Assembly: GCA_002269645.1 (NCBI GenBank)
Contig: NIVC01001569.1
Location: 1-64,000, forward strand
Origin: Macrostomum lignano
Lineage: Eukaryota
Direction of reading: 5' to 3'
Length of the DNA: 64,000 nucleotides
The first letter of the stretch is position 1; every line of letters starts with the position of its first letter. The notes under the pieces were generated by a model. The model was given only the letters and a program-made list of their open reading frames with translations, was not told where the DNA came from and searched no databases. Both the position numbers and the translations under genes were made by a program. This document shows, in pieces, positions 28,830-41,428 of the stretch.

Positions 28830-31800
28830 ATGGCTTCTTCTGGAGGCAGCAACAGCAGCCAGATTGGCTGGCCCTTTGCCAGCGGTGATAGCAGCAGCCA
28901 TGGCAGCAGCAACAGTTTGCGCACTGCTGACATTGCGGTTGATGCAGCCACTGCTGCCATAGCTAGGCTGCATTCGCCTTCACAGACTGCTGGGCACGAG
29001 CAGCCGAAATTGCAGCAGCAGCAACAGAAGCAGCAGTCTATCTACAAGTGAGTTTTTGCTTGGACTGAGTTGGAAATAGTTTCTATCTAGATGGTTACTG
29101 GTTTCAGTAAAGGTATTGCTTTTACTAACCCCCAAGCACTGAGCATACATGCGCAACCCCCCTGATTTACACTGGCCATGCGACTTACCTGTGAAAGAAA
29201 CCCTAAAAAAGTAACGCAATTTTGGGTATACGGCAGGAGTAACTATGACTGATATTAGGGCTAAAATGCCTCGTCATCTAAGTAGTACTACGTCTGTATT
29301 CCTTCGGGTGGGCATTTTTTTGACTCACCCCTTGTCCGCCACAATTTACAGTGCCTCAGCGCTGAGACCTGTAAGAGAGGTCCATTTATCTCCATTTATA
29401 GATAACTACTAATTAGATGACGAAGCATTCGTATCTAATAAGACGTTCATAGTTACTCCCGCTGTTTACCCGTTTTCAATGGTTTGTTTTTAAGTTATGC
29501 TTTCAATTAAAGTTTATGCTTATGTCATACCAATATTGCAGATACGTGCTTGGCCGAGAAATTGGCATAGGCAGCTACAGCAAAGTCTTGGTTGGCCACG
29601 GACCAGATGGACCAGTTGCGCTAAAACAGATTCGCGTGTCCAATAGCAGCGGCCTGCCCTATAGTACTATGAGAGAATTGGTCATATTGAAACCGCTGTC
29701 AAAATTGCGTCATCAAAATATTGTAGCACTTATTGACGTGTTACTGCAGCAGCATGGCAAAGACTATTATCTGTTTCTAGTGTTCGAGCTGCTGCACTGC
29801 GATTTGCAAATCTATTTGTCCAGGCATCGAATGGGACCCGTGAGTTTGAGTAGACATACTCCGGATACTCCCTGTCTGAGTAGACATGCTCCCTGTTTTA
29901 GTAGACATGTCCCTGTTTGAGTAGACATGCTCCCTGTTTGAGTAGACATGCTCCCTGTTTGAGTAGACATGCTCCCTGTTTGAGTAGACATGCTCCCTGT
30001 TTGAGTAGACATGCTCCCTGTTTGAGTAGACATGCTCCCTGTTTGAGTAGACATGTCCCTGTTTGAGTAGACATGCTCCCTGTTTGGGTAGACATGTCCC
30101 TGTTTGGGTAGACATGCTCCCTGTTTGGGTAAACATGCTCCCTGTTTGAGTAGACATGCTCCCTGTTTGAGTAGACATGTCCCTGTTTGAGTAGACATGC
30201 TCCCTGTTTGAGTAGACATGCTCCCTGTTTGAGTAGACATGCTCCCTGTTTGAGTAGACATGCTCCCTATTTGAGTAGACATGCTCCCTGTTTGAGTAGA
30301 CATGCTCCCTGTTTGAGTAGACATGCTCCCTGTTTGAGTAGACATGCTCCCTGTTTGAGTAGTCATACTCCCTGTTGAGTAGACATGTCCCTGTTGAGTA
30401 GACATGCTGGCCGTTTGAGTAGTCATACTCCCTGTTGAGTAGACATCCTCCCTGTTTGAGTAGACATGCTCCCTGTTTGAGTAGACATGTCCCTGTTTGA
30501 GTAGACATGCTCCCTGTTTGAGTAGACATGCTCCCTGTTTGAGTAGACATGTCCCTGTTTGAGTAGACATGCTCCCTATTTGAGTATACATGCTCCCTAT
30601 TTGAGTAGACATGCTCCCTGTTTGAGTAGTCATACTCCCTGTTGAGTAGACATGTCCCTGTTGAGTAGACATGCTCCCTGTTTGAGTAGACATGCTGGCC
30701 GTTTGAGTAGTCATACTCCCTGTTTGAGTAGTCATACTCCCTGTTTGAGTAGACATGCTCCCTCTTTGTCTAGTTATACTCGTATTTTAAGTAGCTATCC
30801 TCCTAGTCAATCCAAAGTAATTCTTCCTCAAGATCCCCAGTTTGAGCAGCGTCAGTCTATCAAGTTCCTTAGCTGTTTGAGCAGCGTCAGTCCATCAAGT
30901 TCCTTAGCTGTTTGAGCAGTGTCAGTCTCCATCAAGTTTCCCAGTTTGAGCAGTGTCAGTCTCCATCAAGTTTCCCAGTTTGAGCAGTGTCAGTCTCCAT
31001 CAAGTTTCCCAGTTTGAGCAGTGTCAGTCTCCATCAAGTTTCCCAGTTTGAGCAGTGTCAGTCTCCATCAAGTTTCCCAGTTTGAGCAGTGTCAGTCTCC
31101 ATCAAGTTCCCCAGTTTGAGCAGTGTCAGTCTCCATCAAGTTTCCCAGTTTGAGCAGTGTCAGTCTCCATCAAGTTTCCCAGTTTGAGCAGTGTCAGTCT
31201 CCATCAAGTTTCCCAGTTTGAGCAGTGTCAGTCTCCATCAAGTTCCCCAGTTTGAGCAGTGTCAGTCTCCATCAAGTTTCCCAGTTTGAGCAGTGTCAGT
31301 CTCCATCAAGTTTCCCAGTTTGTGCAGTGTCAGTCTCCATCAAGTTTCCCAGTTTGAGCAGTGTCAGTCTCCATCAAGTTTCCCAGTTTGAGCAGTGTCA
31401 GTCTCCATCAAGTTCCCCAGTTTGAGCAGTGTCAGTCTCCATCAAGTTTCCCAGTTTGAGCAGTGTCAGTCTCCATCAAGTTTCCCAGTTTGAGCAGTGT
31501 CAGTCTCCATCAAGTTCCCCAGTTTAAGCAGTGTCAGTCTCCATCCAGCTCTCCAGTTTGAGCAGTCAGTCGCATTACTCATTTCAGTCGGCTGTTCGAA
31601 ATCTTGGGCATCAGCTGATGCTCGGCCTGGACTTTCTACACAGGCATCGAATCGTTCATCGTGATTTGAAGCCGCAGAATTGTCTGCTAAATCAACAGTG
31701 CACAGTGCTCAAAATTGCCGACTTCAACATGGCCAGAGCTTGCTCCTGGGAGAAACAGGTAAGTCGTTTTACATTTAAACAATCAACTTAATGCATTGAT

Positions 31801-33011
31801 TTCTTGAATCAACTCTCGCTCAAATGAATCAACTTACTAACCCACAGATGACGGCAGTGGTCAGCACTCTGTGGTACCGCAGCCCGGAAGTGCTGCTGGC
31901 CTACGGCTACTCCAGCCCTACTGACGTCTGGAGCGCCGGTTGCATTCTGTTCGAAATGGCCGCCAACGGCAAGTCGCTATTCAATGCCCAGAAAGAGGCT
32001 CCCATGCTTAGGCAAATCTTAGCCCTGCTAGGCGTACCCTCGGCCGCGGCTTGGCCAGCAGGATCTGCCGTTGCTAGGCAACCATTGGCCGCGGAGTTTC
32101 CGCCAGAATTGCCGGCTTCGGCTGTGGCCGCTTGTTTAGCCGCCCGCCTGCCAACTGGTCTGGCCAGCGGTCTTGACGGCGGCTGCGGCTACACGGGCGG
32201 CCGATGGAGTCTGGCCAGCCTTCTTGGCGAACGGCTGCTCCGTTTCTCACCGTTGGCTCGTTGCACCGCCGCTGAGGCTCTCCGGCATCCGTATTTTGCC
32301 GGCGCCGGCGCTGTGGCTGAATCGGCGGACGCCGCTGCTGACGCTGCTGCCGCCGATGTTGTCGAATCTGTGGTTAGAAATGTCGGCATCAACAGTCCCT
32401 TCCCAATGCCGCCGCCGCAGCAACAAAGTCAAACACTTTTCCCCGTGCCTCGATGGGCGCTTGGCGCCGGCGCTTCTTCATTTGGCGCCGCCGCATTTGG
32501 CGCGCGCTCTCGCGGTCGAGCTTCGATGCCGGCGGCGGCGCCGTTCAGTGGCGGCGGCAGTTTTCGACAGAAACGACCGGCTTCGTCGATGATGTCGGAG
32601 GAGGAAGAGGACAATGTCGAACGGAGAGAAGTTGCAGAAGAAGAATCTGTCGAAGTGGACGACATTGCTTGGGCTAGCGACGAGCAATTGGAAGAGTTTT
32701 CTAGTTCGAACGAGTCCCAGGCTGGCCTGGTTGGCATGGTAACCGCTAGCAGCGAGGAACAGTCGGATTCGTCGTTTAAGAATGCCAGTCAGACTGATCG
32801 ACTAGACGGCGGCGCCGACCAGATGTTGGTTAGTCAGAATTCGGAGAACAATCCGCCTGCACTGCCTGAAGTGGCTGCCGCTGCCCCTGCTCAGCCCCAG
32901 GCTAGCTGCTTCTCCGACCTTTCTAACTGCGGCGGCAAGCTGGCGCCGTCTCGACCACCGCCGCCGCCTCTGCCTTTGAGACAGCGACACGCAAGGAGGT
33001 TCAGCTTCTGA
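28830..33011 (+). CDS. CDK4/6-like cyclin-dependent kinase with long acidic/low-complexity C-tail
   Basis: Exons 28830-29047, 29542-29839, 31588-31758, 31848-33011. Motifs EIGIGSYSKV, VALKQ, PYSTMRE (cf. PISTVRE/PLSTIRE of CDK4/6), LVFE, LDFLHRHRIVHRDLKPQN, IADFNMAR, TAVVSTLWYRSPEVLL, DVWSAGCILFEM, EALRHPYF. The 89-nt intron 31759-31847 has a TACTAAC-like branch point. Confidence 0.9.
29845..31565. repeat. Two abutting minisatellites in CDK intron 2: 21-22 bp (CTGTTTGAGTAGACATGCTCC) and 34 bp (CAGTTTGAGCAGTGTCAGTCTCCATCAAGTTTCC)
   Basis: About 29845-30765 and 30838-31565; both share a (C)TGTTTGAG/CAGTTTGAG core. Confidence 0.92.
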
Positions 33012-33117
33012 AAAAGCTGTCTGATTGTTACTATGCGATTGCTTCATATTTTGCTATCAGCTCTCTCAAACCTATTTGATCTCATCACCACTGTGTACTT
33101 AATTTTCCCAATCCCAG

Positions 33118-33465
33118 TGATTGATCTTCCCGCCCGAGTGTTTGAACCTCCCGCCCGAGTGTTTGATCCTCCCGCCCGAGTGTTTGATCTTCCCGCCCGA
33201 GTGTTTATCTTCCCGCCCGAGTGTTTGATCTTCTCAGCGGAGTGATTGAACTTCCCGCCCGAGTGTTTGATCTTCCCGACAGTGTTTGATCTTCCCGCCC
33301 GAGTGTTTGATCTTCCCGACAGTGTTTGATCTTCCCGCCCGAGTGTTTGATCTTCCCGACAGAGTGTTTGATCTTTCGCCCGAGTGTTTGATCTTCCCGC
33401 CCGAGTGTTTGATCTTCCCGCCAGAGTGTTTGAACCTCCCGCCAGGGTGTTTGAACCTCCCGCCA
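33118..33465. repeat. About 21-bp minisatellite (GTGTTTGATCTTCCCGCCCGA)
   Basis: Just downstream of the CDK stop codon. Confidence 0.85.
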
Positions 33466-36236
33466 GATACCCAATCGCATAGCTGCTTTACCTTGAATCT
33501 CTTCCTGTGTAATTTCGCTGCCTTGGCAGCAAACACAACTTGAACCCAAAGAACTTCGCTTTATTTTAATAATGAGTCGCAAAAAGTCATTTGAAAATGT
33601 TTCAAAGAAATTGTAAGTCCGCAGTGTTTCATTGTATCCTATGTTGCGTAATCATTGACCAGCGTAAACTTATGCTCGCTTAAATTAGTCAATGGACATA
33701 GTTGCCATGTTGTAAGCAACTAATTTTATATTACACCTGCTTAATCGCTGCTGAATATATATTGTAAAGTTTGCAATTGTGCAAAAATTATTAAAATTTA
33801 ATTTTCAGATTTTACAGTTGCCTGGTCAGTAGGCAGTGCTGCTCTCTGCTGCTTTTTAAAATGGAGCAATTCTATATATAATTTTTCAATTGTCCTCAAG
33901 TATGTATAATTTATGTCTTTTTTGTCGGCCCACTTTTGTTGCCAATTAATTTCTTTATTTGACAGACCTGGTTATATTCGTAAAGACGATTTGTGTATCT
34001 GCATTTTCAATTAGTCTGCAATTCTTGTGCATAGCATAGTAACGGTGCTATTATTCTATTAATAGGTGCGTTTAAACTTTAACTTTTATTCCCCTGTTCG
34101 CATTTGCTGTTATAATTTTTCCTTATTATGGCAAGATTTTGGGCATGTTTGGATATGTTTCCTACTTGCATTTGTTTCTATTTAACGTCCGGTTGGAAAA
34201 CAATTAACATTTGTTTAAAGTACAATAATTAAGGTCAAAATAAACCTACCGGCGGTAACTGAGCTATCTTGTTTTCTAAAGAAATTGAACTTCTCAGGCT
34301 TGTTTAGACAAGGGGTTTTATTTTTCCAGTTCGGCCAAAGAAGCTGAATTTAATCCCAGAACTGTGTTTTGCTTTGTTTAAATGTATTTGTCAACTATTT
34401 TTAATACCATTTAAATTCATATTTTCAGCATCATTCGGAAAAAAACATTCTAAAAAGTACATCTAGTCGTAGAAGAAATTTGCAATTGACATATCCACTA
34501 TCTAGAAGCTACGCGAAGAATATCATTGGGTAAAAGGGAGGGTTAAACTTGTCACGTTCGTTAAATTTACATGTCACTTTACTGTTACATGCAAATCTGG
34601 ACTTTAACTTTATCAGTGATAAATTAATAAACGACTTAATAGCATCACCGCGAGGAGTCACGCATGAACAGCTGGGGTCAGTCAACGGAAAACAATTTTC
34701 AAATTAACGTACAGATGATTCACACCTTTGCAACTCATTCATTTTCGTATCAACTCAGCAGTAATTGCATTTTATGACATCGTCGTGGAATTCTTTAAAA
34801 CATAAACAAAATAACTTCTCTATCAACGCATAGCATACAGATCATTATTAGAAAAACAACTTCAAGCTGAAACGCATTAACTGATCTTAATAAGCATATA
34901 GCGGCATGATTTTTTTGATGTAAAGTCACGGTAAATGAAATTTAAGCGTAACTTTTCTACGAACTACGTAAAATTGTGACAAAGAAACTGGCGTAGCTAC
35001 GATTTTGAAATGGAGGGGGCATAAAATTTTATGATAAGTTGCTTCTAACACTGCTCAGCCTCAGTCATACATAAAAAGTGCAAGTCTGTTTAGAATAGAC
35101 TTTTAGTAGTACTATAGTAGTAGTATTTCATTTTTCTTTAATTTACTATTGCTTTTACTTGCATTACAAGCAAGTCTTGCTATTACTACTTAGGCAAACT
35201 GGCTAATGCTAGTATGTTATGATTATGATTAAAACAGTTTTATATATTTGTGAACCTTTAGCTTAGGAGTAGCCTATAGTATAGGCCAATGTCAATGAAT
35301 AATATAATAATATGAACCAAGCCAGCCCCATACTAGGCATAGTCTAGATCAAAGCAGTTGTGTATACAGTATACTAGAATCAAAATTAGGCCTATAGTTT
35401 TTTTTCTACACTGACATAGTGACATTGAATTAAAGTTTTTTATATTGAGAGTAAATTTGCTTGTATTGTATGCCAATTTTTTTACAATGTACTGTTCAAA
35501 AATAAGGACTTTCAATAAGGTAAAGGGAGTTTTATCTATAGTCTAGACTGGATGATGGATTATACTACTAGGTGCATGCCAGAATTCAAATGCTTTAAAC
35601 CAATTTTTTAAATGCACATTAATATCAAGCCATAGTTAGGAAGAAAGCATATAATAATCTATGCTAGAAATTTCTGGGGTGGTACACTCAAAAAATTTGG
35701 CATACATATGTAAAAGGCATGTTTGCTCTCACTGAAATTATCCCACTGTTGCAACCAGCTGTTGTAGGGCTACTTTTCTAATTCCTATGTATTGAATATC
35801 CTAAAGCTGCTACCAAGTTGTTACAGGCGTGTTTCCTTCTGTCCCTACAAATAATTCCACAATTTCACCAAAGTTGTCATGGCTTAATTTCTATCTTTAT
35901 AAATGTTTTAATGTTGGTAGCTGCTACCAAGACTATTCTATTAATAAATTTTGAGTTTATTAATCTTAGAATAAGTCTGAGATATGTTTCTTGGAATTAT
36001 TCTGAGTATATATCTGAGTAGTTGTGTAAGTATATATTTGAGAATTTGTCTAAGTATATTGTTCTTAGAATAGGGCCTACTATTTAGCCCCCCTTATAAG
36101 TATCGTTTCGTTATCCTGTTATTCTGGTAGCATTTACTATTATTCTAGTAGCATTTGCTGTTATTCTAGCCTGAGCGGTATATTGGCTTACTGGTATATA
36201 GAAAGCTTAATATCAACATTTGAATATGATTTCAAT

Positions 36237-36294
36237 TTCTAACAACTTCAACGCGTTTCGCACGCCATGGTACATCGTCAGGATTTTATTAGAA
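36237..36294 (-). ncRNA. Type I hammerhead ribozyme, second copy in the inverted pLTR
   Basis: Reverse complement of 37169-37226 within the left inverted repeat. Confidence 0.68.
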
Positions 36295-37168
36295 CGATTT
36301 GAGAAATTGAGATTGAAAGCGATTGATTAAATATTGGTTTTTGCAACGTACACAGGTAAGGAGGGTAAGATTGAAAACAATTGATTACAACTTGGCTTTA
36401 ACAACATACATAGGTATAGTAGGTAGGAGAGAGAATTATAGATTGAGATTGAAAGTTAAACCATATGCGTAGGTTATTCTTTGCCTCTTTCAATCGTAAC
36501 ATCCGGGTCGTCTTCCACACGAACAAGATTAGGAACTTTGTTAGCAGATTAAAGTCGCGTGTTCCTTGTACTCTGCGTGCAGATGTTGTCTACCAATTTA
36601 ACTGCTCTGTGGACCAGAGCGTCTCCTATGTGGGGAAAACCAAAAGACACCTACACACGAGGATCAGGGAACACTGGCTCAAACCATCTGCTATACAAAC
36701 TCACCTCCTTGAATGCACTAACTGCAATGACTGCAAACCAGAAGAACACTTTAAAATCATTGACCAAAGCCATATTGACGCCAAACTTAGAATTCTCGAG
36801 GCCCTGCACATAAAAGCTCAGACCCCGAATCTCAATACCCAATTACAACATAGTGGTGCAGGTCACGTTCTCCACGTTTTCTGAACAGTGAGTGACACAG
36901 TCGTGCACGCTGTGTACACTTAGCTTGATGTTCAATTACCTAAGCTAGCTACCGCCCCTGATTCTGCCTTTTGACCACTGGACAAGAATTGTGTACATTT
37001 GGTTTAACTTTCAATCTCAATCTATAATTCTCTCTCCTACCTACTATACCTATGTATGTTGTTAAAGCCAAGTTGTAATCAATTGTTTTCAATCTTACCC
37101 TCCTTACCTGTGTACGTTGCAAAAACCAATATTTAATCAATCGCTTTCAATCTCAATTTCTCAAATCG

Positions 37169-37226
37169 TTCTAATAAAATCCTGACGATGTACCATGGCG
37201 TGCGAAACGCGTTGAAGTTGTTAGAA
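37169..37226 (+). ncRNA. Type I hammerhead ribozyme (minimal, PLE-associated)
   Basis: Stem I 37169-37181 pairs with 37214-37226 (11 of 13 pairs, one G-U); core CUGACGA 37182-37188; stem II GUAC/GUGC with loop CAUGGC; GAAA 37204-37207; palindromic short stem III ACGCGU; predicted cleavage after GUU (37213). Confidence 0.7.
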
Positions 37227-38665
37227 ATTGAAATCATATTCAAATGTTGATATTAAGCTTTCTATTTATTCTTCTCGCCAAGCGAGCGACTCTACCAGCA
37301 TTTTACTGGTATATGTATTACATGTACTTCTAATCCTAGGCATTACTGAGATCAGAGGGTCACAGCCTCCGGTTATTCTTACATGTATCGATTTAGGATC
37401 TACTTCGTATTCTCTTACTACTTCCACTTCTCAGTAGTATATATTGTATGTGTTCTCTGCCACTTCACTTCTCTTCTGCAAATGAATAACTTAGAAAACA
37501 ATCTTCAATAACATTTATTCGGAACTCTTACTATTCACTATTAAATGTCTTGTTATCAAACCGCAATGCGCTAGGTTGGTCTCTCCTCTGCTGAAAACAC
37601 TTTTATTTATACTAAAATTTACTGCTAGTTTAAACAAAAGTTAGTTCGCATAAAATATTATGAAAACTATGTGTATTATAACAAGTGTGTTTTCCTAGAT
37701 TCGGCACACATTCAAAATGAGTTATATGGTTATCAATTTTATAATAAAAGAATCAGGAGGGGCCCTGCACACATATTAGTATACAAAAGCTTTTGGTATA
37801 TGCATTTAATATTTTGTGTGATATACACTACATTGAAAATAAAAAATATTAGGCTTTATATTATAAATAACAGTCACAAATTCACAATAGTTTTCCATGC
37901 ATTATAATTGATAAATTTGATGAGTATTTAATTCAAAACTGATTTCTATGTTTTATATAAGATAAAGATATAGAATTTTAACAAAAGTGCACAAAATTTG
38001 TTTTGTTTATTATGTATATATTTGAAATATTGGCTATCCTGTGGCTATAGTTTTGCACATTAAATTATTTTTTGAAAATAATAACTTTTAAGTAACTTTA
38101 AGCTTAGTAAATGACAGAATAGATAATAAGGAACAAATGTAATATAGTATCAAGTGCCTACTTTTGTTTAAATACATATATTATGACTAGGCCTATGTTG
38201 TTGTTAATCATTGATAAAACTTTAAACTCATTGACTAATCAGGTAGACCTAACTGTCTATTCTGAATACCATTGAGGGCACATGGGTTTATGTAAAGGCC
38301 AAATTTTACTAGATACACAGTACATCCAATAGATTTCTGATGGATGAATGTATTATCCGATAGACTGTTTGAGTCACACATAAGAGTACCTCTGGTAGTG
38401 CCTCTTCCCAAATAAGACCTTTGGGAACTTTCTCTACTGACTAGGTATCATATTATTATCCATTGTAGACTAATAAAACTAAATAGTTGATTCCCAGTTA
38501 GCCCTTATTATCTACGAGTATTATATCACTTACTAATCTTAAAGTTAGGCCCTCCTACTAAGTAATTTTTTTAACAAAAATAATTTAACATGTGAAACTA
38601 CAGGATCATACATGCCCAACACCCATCCAAACTAGATGGGTGAAATGGTCGCTAGCCAAGGTACA

Positions 38666-39631
38666 AGGGGTGTCCCAGAAGTAGTGTCACTTTTGCTTGC
38701 TTCCACAAGTATTAATGTGTGTTAAAAAATCATATGCCCTAAAAGTTAGTGGCTTATTTTAGCTTTTAGGCCACAAAAGTCTAATTTTTATAAGTGCTTC
38801 CTGCTATAAGCAGCATGCATTTTTTGCATACCCTTGGCCATAGAAATACACACTGCATAGTGCTTCTATACTCACTCAGAAGAAAGCCACAAGTAGAGCT
38901 GATCAAGCACAGAGTTGCAAGACAGCAACTGCAAGATTTGTTCCAGTCATGGACCCTATTTTATTAGAGGCAGGGGGGTTGTATGTACCCTGGCGCACTT
39001 TAAGCGACATAGGCACACAACCAGCGAGAGGCATTACTGTCCATTCTGCCGACTCCCCTGAGCAGGCATACAAGTGCGCGGATACGTATGCAGGCACACA
39101 CTCACACAGGAGTATACAGCGGCCCTAACTTTATTTATTGTTAGGCATGTACACTTCACTGCACCTTGGGGGGTTGGCTCTCAAGGCCGGTAATTGCACA
39201 AGCAGAGCCAAGCCGAGATTCCAATTCAGCCCAAAATTAATGTGACTGCACTTGGAATCGAGCCTGGGTTGCTGGCACACCAAAGCAGCTGTGCTACCGC
39301 TGGGCTACGACCCCCCTTTCATGGACCCTAACTTTCACTCTACAGAAGGGTGGAGACACACAATTTTTACACTTTAGAGTCTTGGTCAGAAATGCTCTGA
39401 TATTCACAAAAACCTGAACCGCATTCACAGTCCCGACTCCCAATGCCATCAATTGGAACAGTTTACAGGTGGATAAAACAGTTTGAGGCTAGCTGGCAGT
39501 GTGTTGCCAACTTATCCAAAAGTTAGGGTCCATGACTGGAACAAATCTTGCAGCTGATATCTTGCAACTCTGTGCTTGATCAGCTCTACTTGTGGCTTTC
39601 TTCTGAGTGACACTACTTCTTAGACACCCCT
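38666..39631. mobile_element. MITE/non-autonomous DNA transposon with long TIRs, interrupted by a SINE
   Basis: Terminal AGGGGTGTCCCAGAAGTAGTGTCACT (38666-38691) versus its inverse at 39606-39631 (2 mismatches); inner arms 38872-38958 and about 39525-39610 are also inverted. Confidence 0.6.
38959..39318 (-). mobile_element. tRNA-derived SINE, family B, full-length copy with 12-bp TSD
   Basis: Direct repeat TCATGGACCCTA at 38947-38958 and 39319-39330; head GGGGTCGTAGCCCAGCGG; 3' end ...CTCTAATAAAA on the - strand. Confidence 0.78.
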
Positions 39632-41428
39632 CAAAAGTCACAAAATCAAAAATACAAAAAAATGAAAAATTGGGAGGAAAAAGAAAGGAGGGAGAAGAAA
39701 GAGAGGGAAAGAAGAGAGAAAAAGAGAAAGAGAAGAAAATAGAAAAAGGCAAGAAAAGTCACATACAAAGTTAAAATTAAGTCGCAATCGGGAGGAACTT
39801 AGTTGCAATTAGGAGGAACTAAGTCATAATCTTTAGGAACTAGCTTGTAAGTCACAATCAGGAGGAACTAAGTCACAATTGGGAAGAACTAAGTCGCAAT
39901 TGGGAGGAACTAAGTTGCAATCAGGAGGAACTAAGTTGCAATTGGGAGATTTTCTGCCTGTCATCTCCTTTGCTTAGGCTTTGTAACAAAATAAATAAAG
40001 AAAAAGAGCAAATTGCACAAAGAAAATTGTGTATTTTGCAGTCCTGATGAGTTCATTAAATGTAATGATAAAATATAATAATTTTAATAATTTTATTCTA
40101 TCTTTGACTCTTGACTCAGCTACATAGGTACTACTTACTGCTAGTCTATGACTACTACAATATTTGCCTTCTATGAGTACAATACTAAGTATTTACCCAT
40201 AATATATTCCTACAAATTTAATTTAAGGAGACAAAGATATAAGTATTCTGAATCTCTTCTACCAGGAGCATCTGATACCCAGTGACTTTAGCCAGTTATT
40301 TACATAAATTTCCAGTATAAAATTGCTCAATGGAGGACCATTATTGCAATTTCGTAATAGATACTCAATTTTGGCAGATGTTAATTGTGTTCTTCTATCA
40401 TATACTATATGTTTATAGATAGAAAATCCTTGTTCTGAATTAGCTAAATAAAATAGGTTAAGTTCGCACCACCTGAATTAGTTTTTTTAATTCTAGGCAT
40501 CCATTCAATTGTCTGTACTTCAAGAAAAAAGCCTAGAATAAAACAGGACTTTTAAGCTTGTACATGCAGAATTCAGTCTTGTGAGCTATTAAGCTATGAA
40601 TGAGTATTTGAAACTGGCCAGATATTGTCCTCGGCAACCTCCTCTGATGCCTCTATGCTTGGCTTGAATGAGAATCAGAATCAGACGATACTGTTTCCAT
40701 TTCATCTTTGGCAGAATCATCTTGCATTCTAAGGCATCTAGCTAGAGAAATAATCTTTGCACTGTATACTAAATAATAATAATATACTTGTATATCAAAA
40801 AATTCATAAGTGTTTATATACACTATGTATATACATTGGCATGCCATGACATGCACACTGTATGGCAATTGTAATGTTAAGGTTTCAGAATGCATGTTTG
40901 AAAAATTTGGCATGCACTAAATCTTCTGGAATATAGAGTTTTATTGAATTTTAAATAAGTATTCTAGCTCAATATTTTTAATATATAATACTAAAAAATA
41001 CGAGCTATTAAATATTTATATTTATATAATAATATAGTTTTAATATTGTATTAAATTTTAATTAAATAAATATAAATTTTTAAAAATATGAAATGGCTCT
41101 ACAAAACAAAAAATTCCAGTTTTTATGCCAGTTAATAGCTTAAATAGTATAGTTATAATTATGAACCATAAATAGGATGGAAATATATTTTTAACATCAA
41201 AAGAAGAATATCATGGTGTTAAGACAATTTTAAAAATGGTATATATTGAAAATTTCCAAACTAAGATGCCATTTTAAAGAAAGTAAGCCTATTTTTTCTG
41301 AATTGATAAATGGTTAATTTTTTAAACCTTAACTAGAGATCTTAGAAAATGTGCCATAAATGTAATTAAAAGCAAATTCAAGTTTTTATTGCTTTTGTTT
41401 TAACATTCATGTTGCATAATAGGTAGCA

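Larger units (their letters stand above)
36198..37265 (+). mobile_element. 5'-truncated Penelope-like retroelement (GIY-YIG endonuclease remnant) with inverted pseudo-LTRs
   Basis: ORF 36465-36884 contains VVYQFNC...SYVGKTKRHLHTRIREH...LEALHIK...PNLN, the PLE-type GIY-YIG domain. It is flanked by 266-bp inverted repeats 36198-36463 and 37000-37265 with no mismatch seen by eye. No RT domain and no TSD seen. Confidence 0.85.

Noticed and set aside
40653-40913. - strand acidic ORF (MQDDSAKDEMETVSSDSDS)
   Set aside because: Short, interrupted by stops in its continuation, and no family motif.
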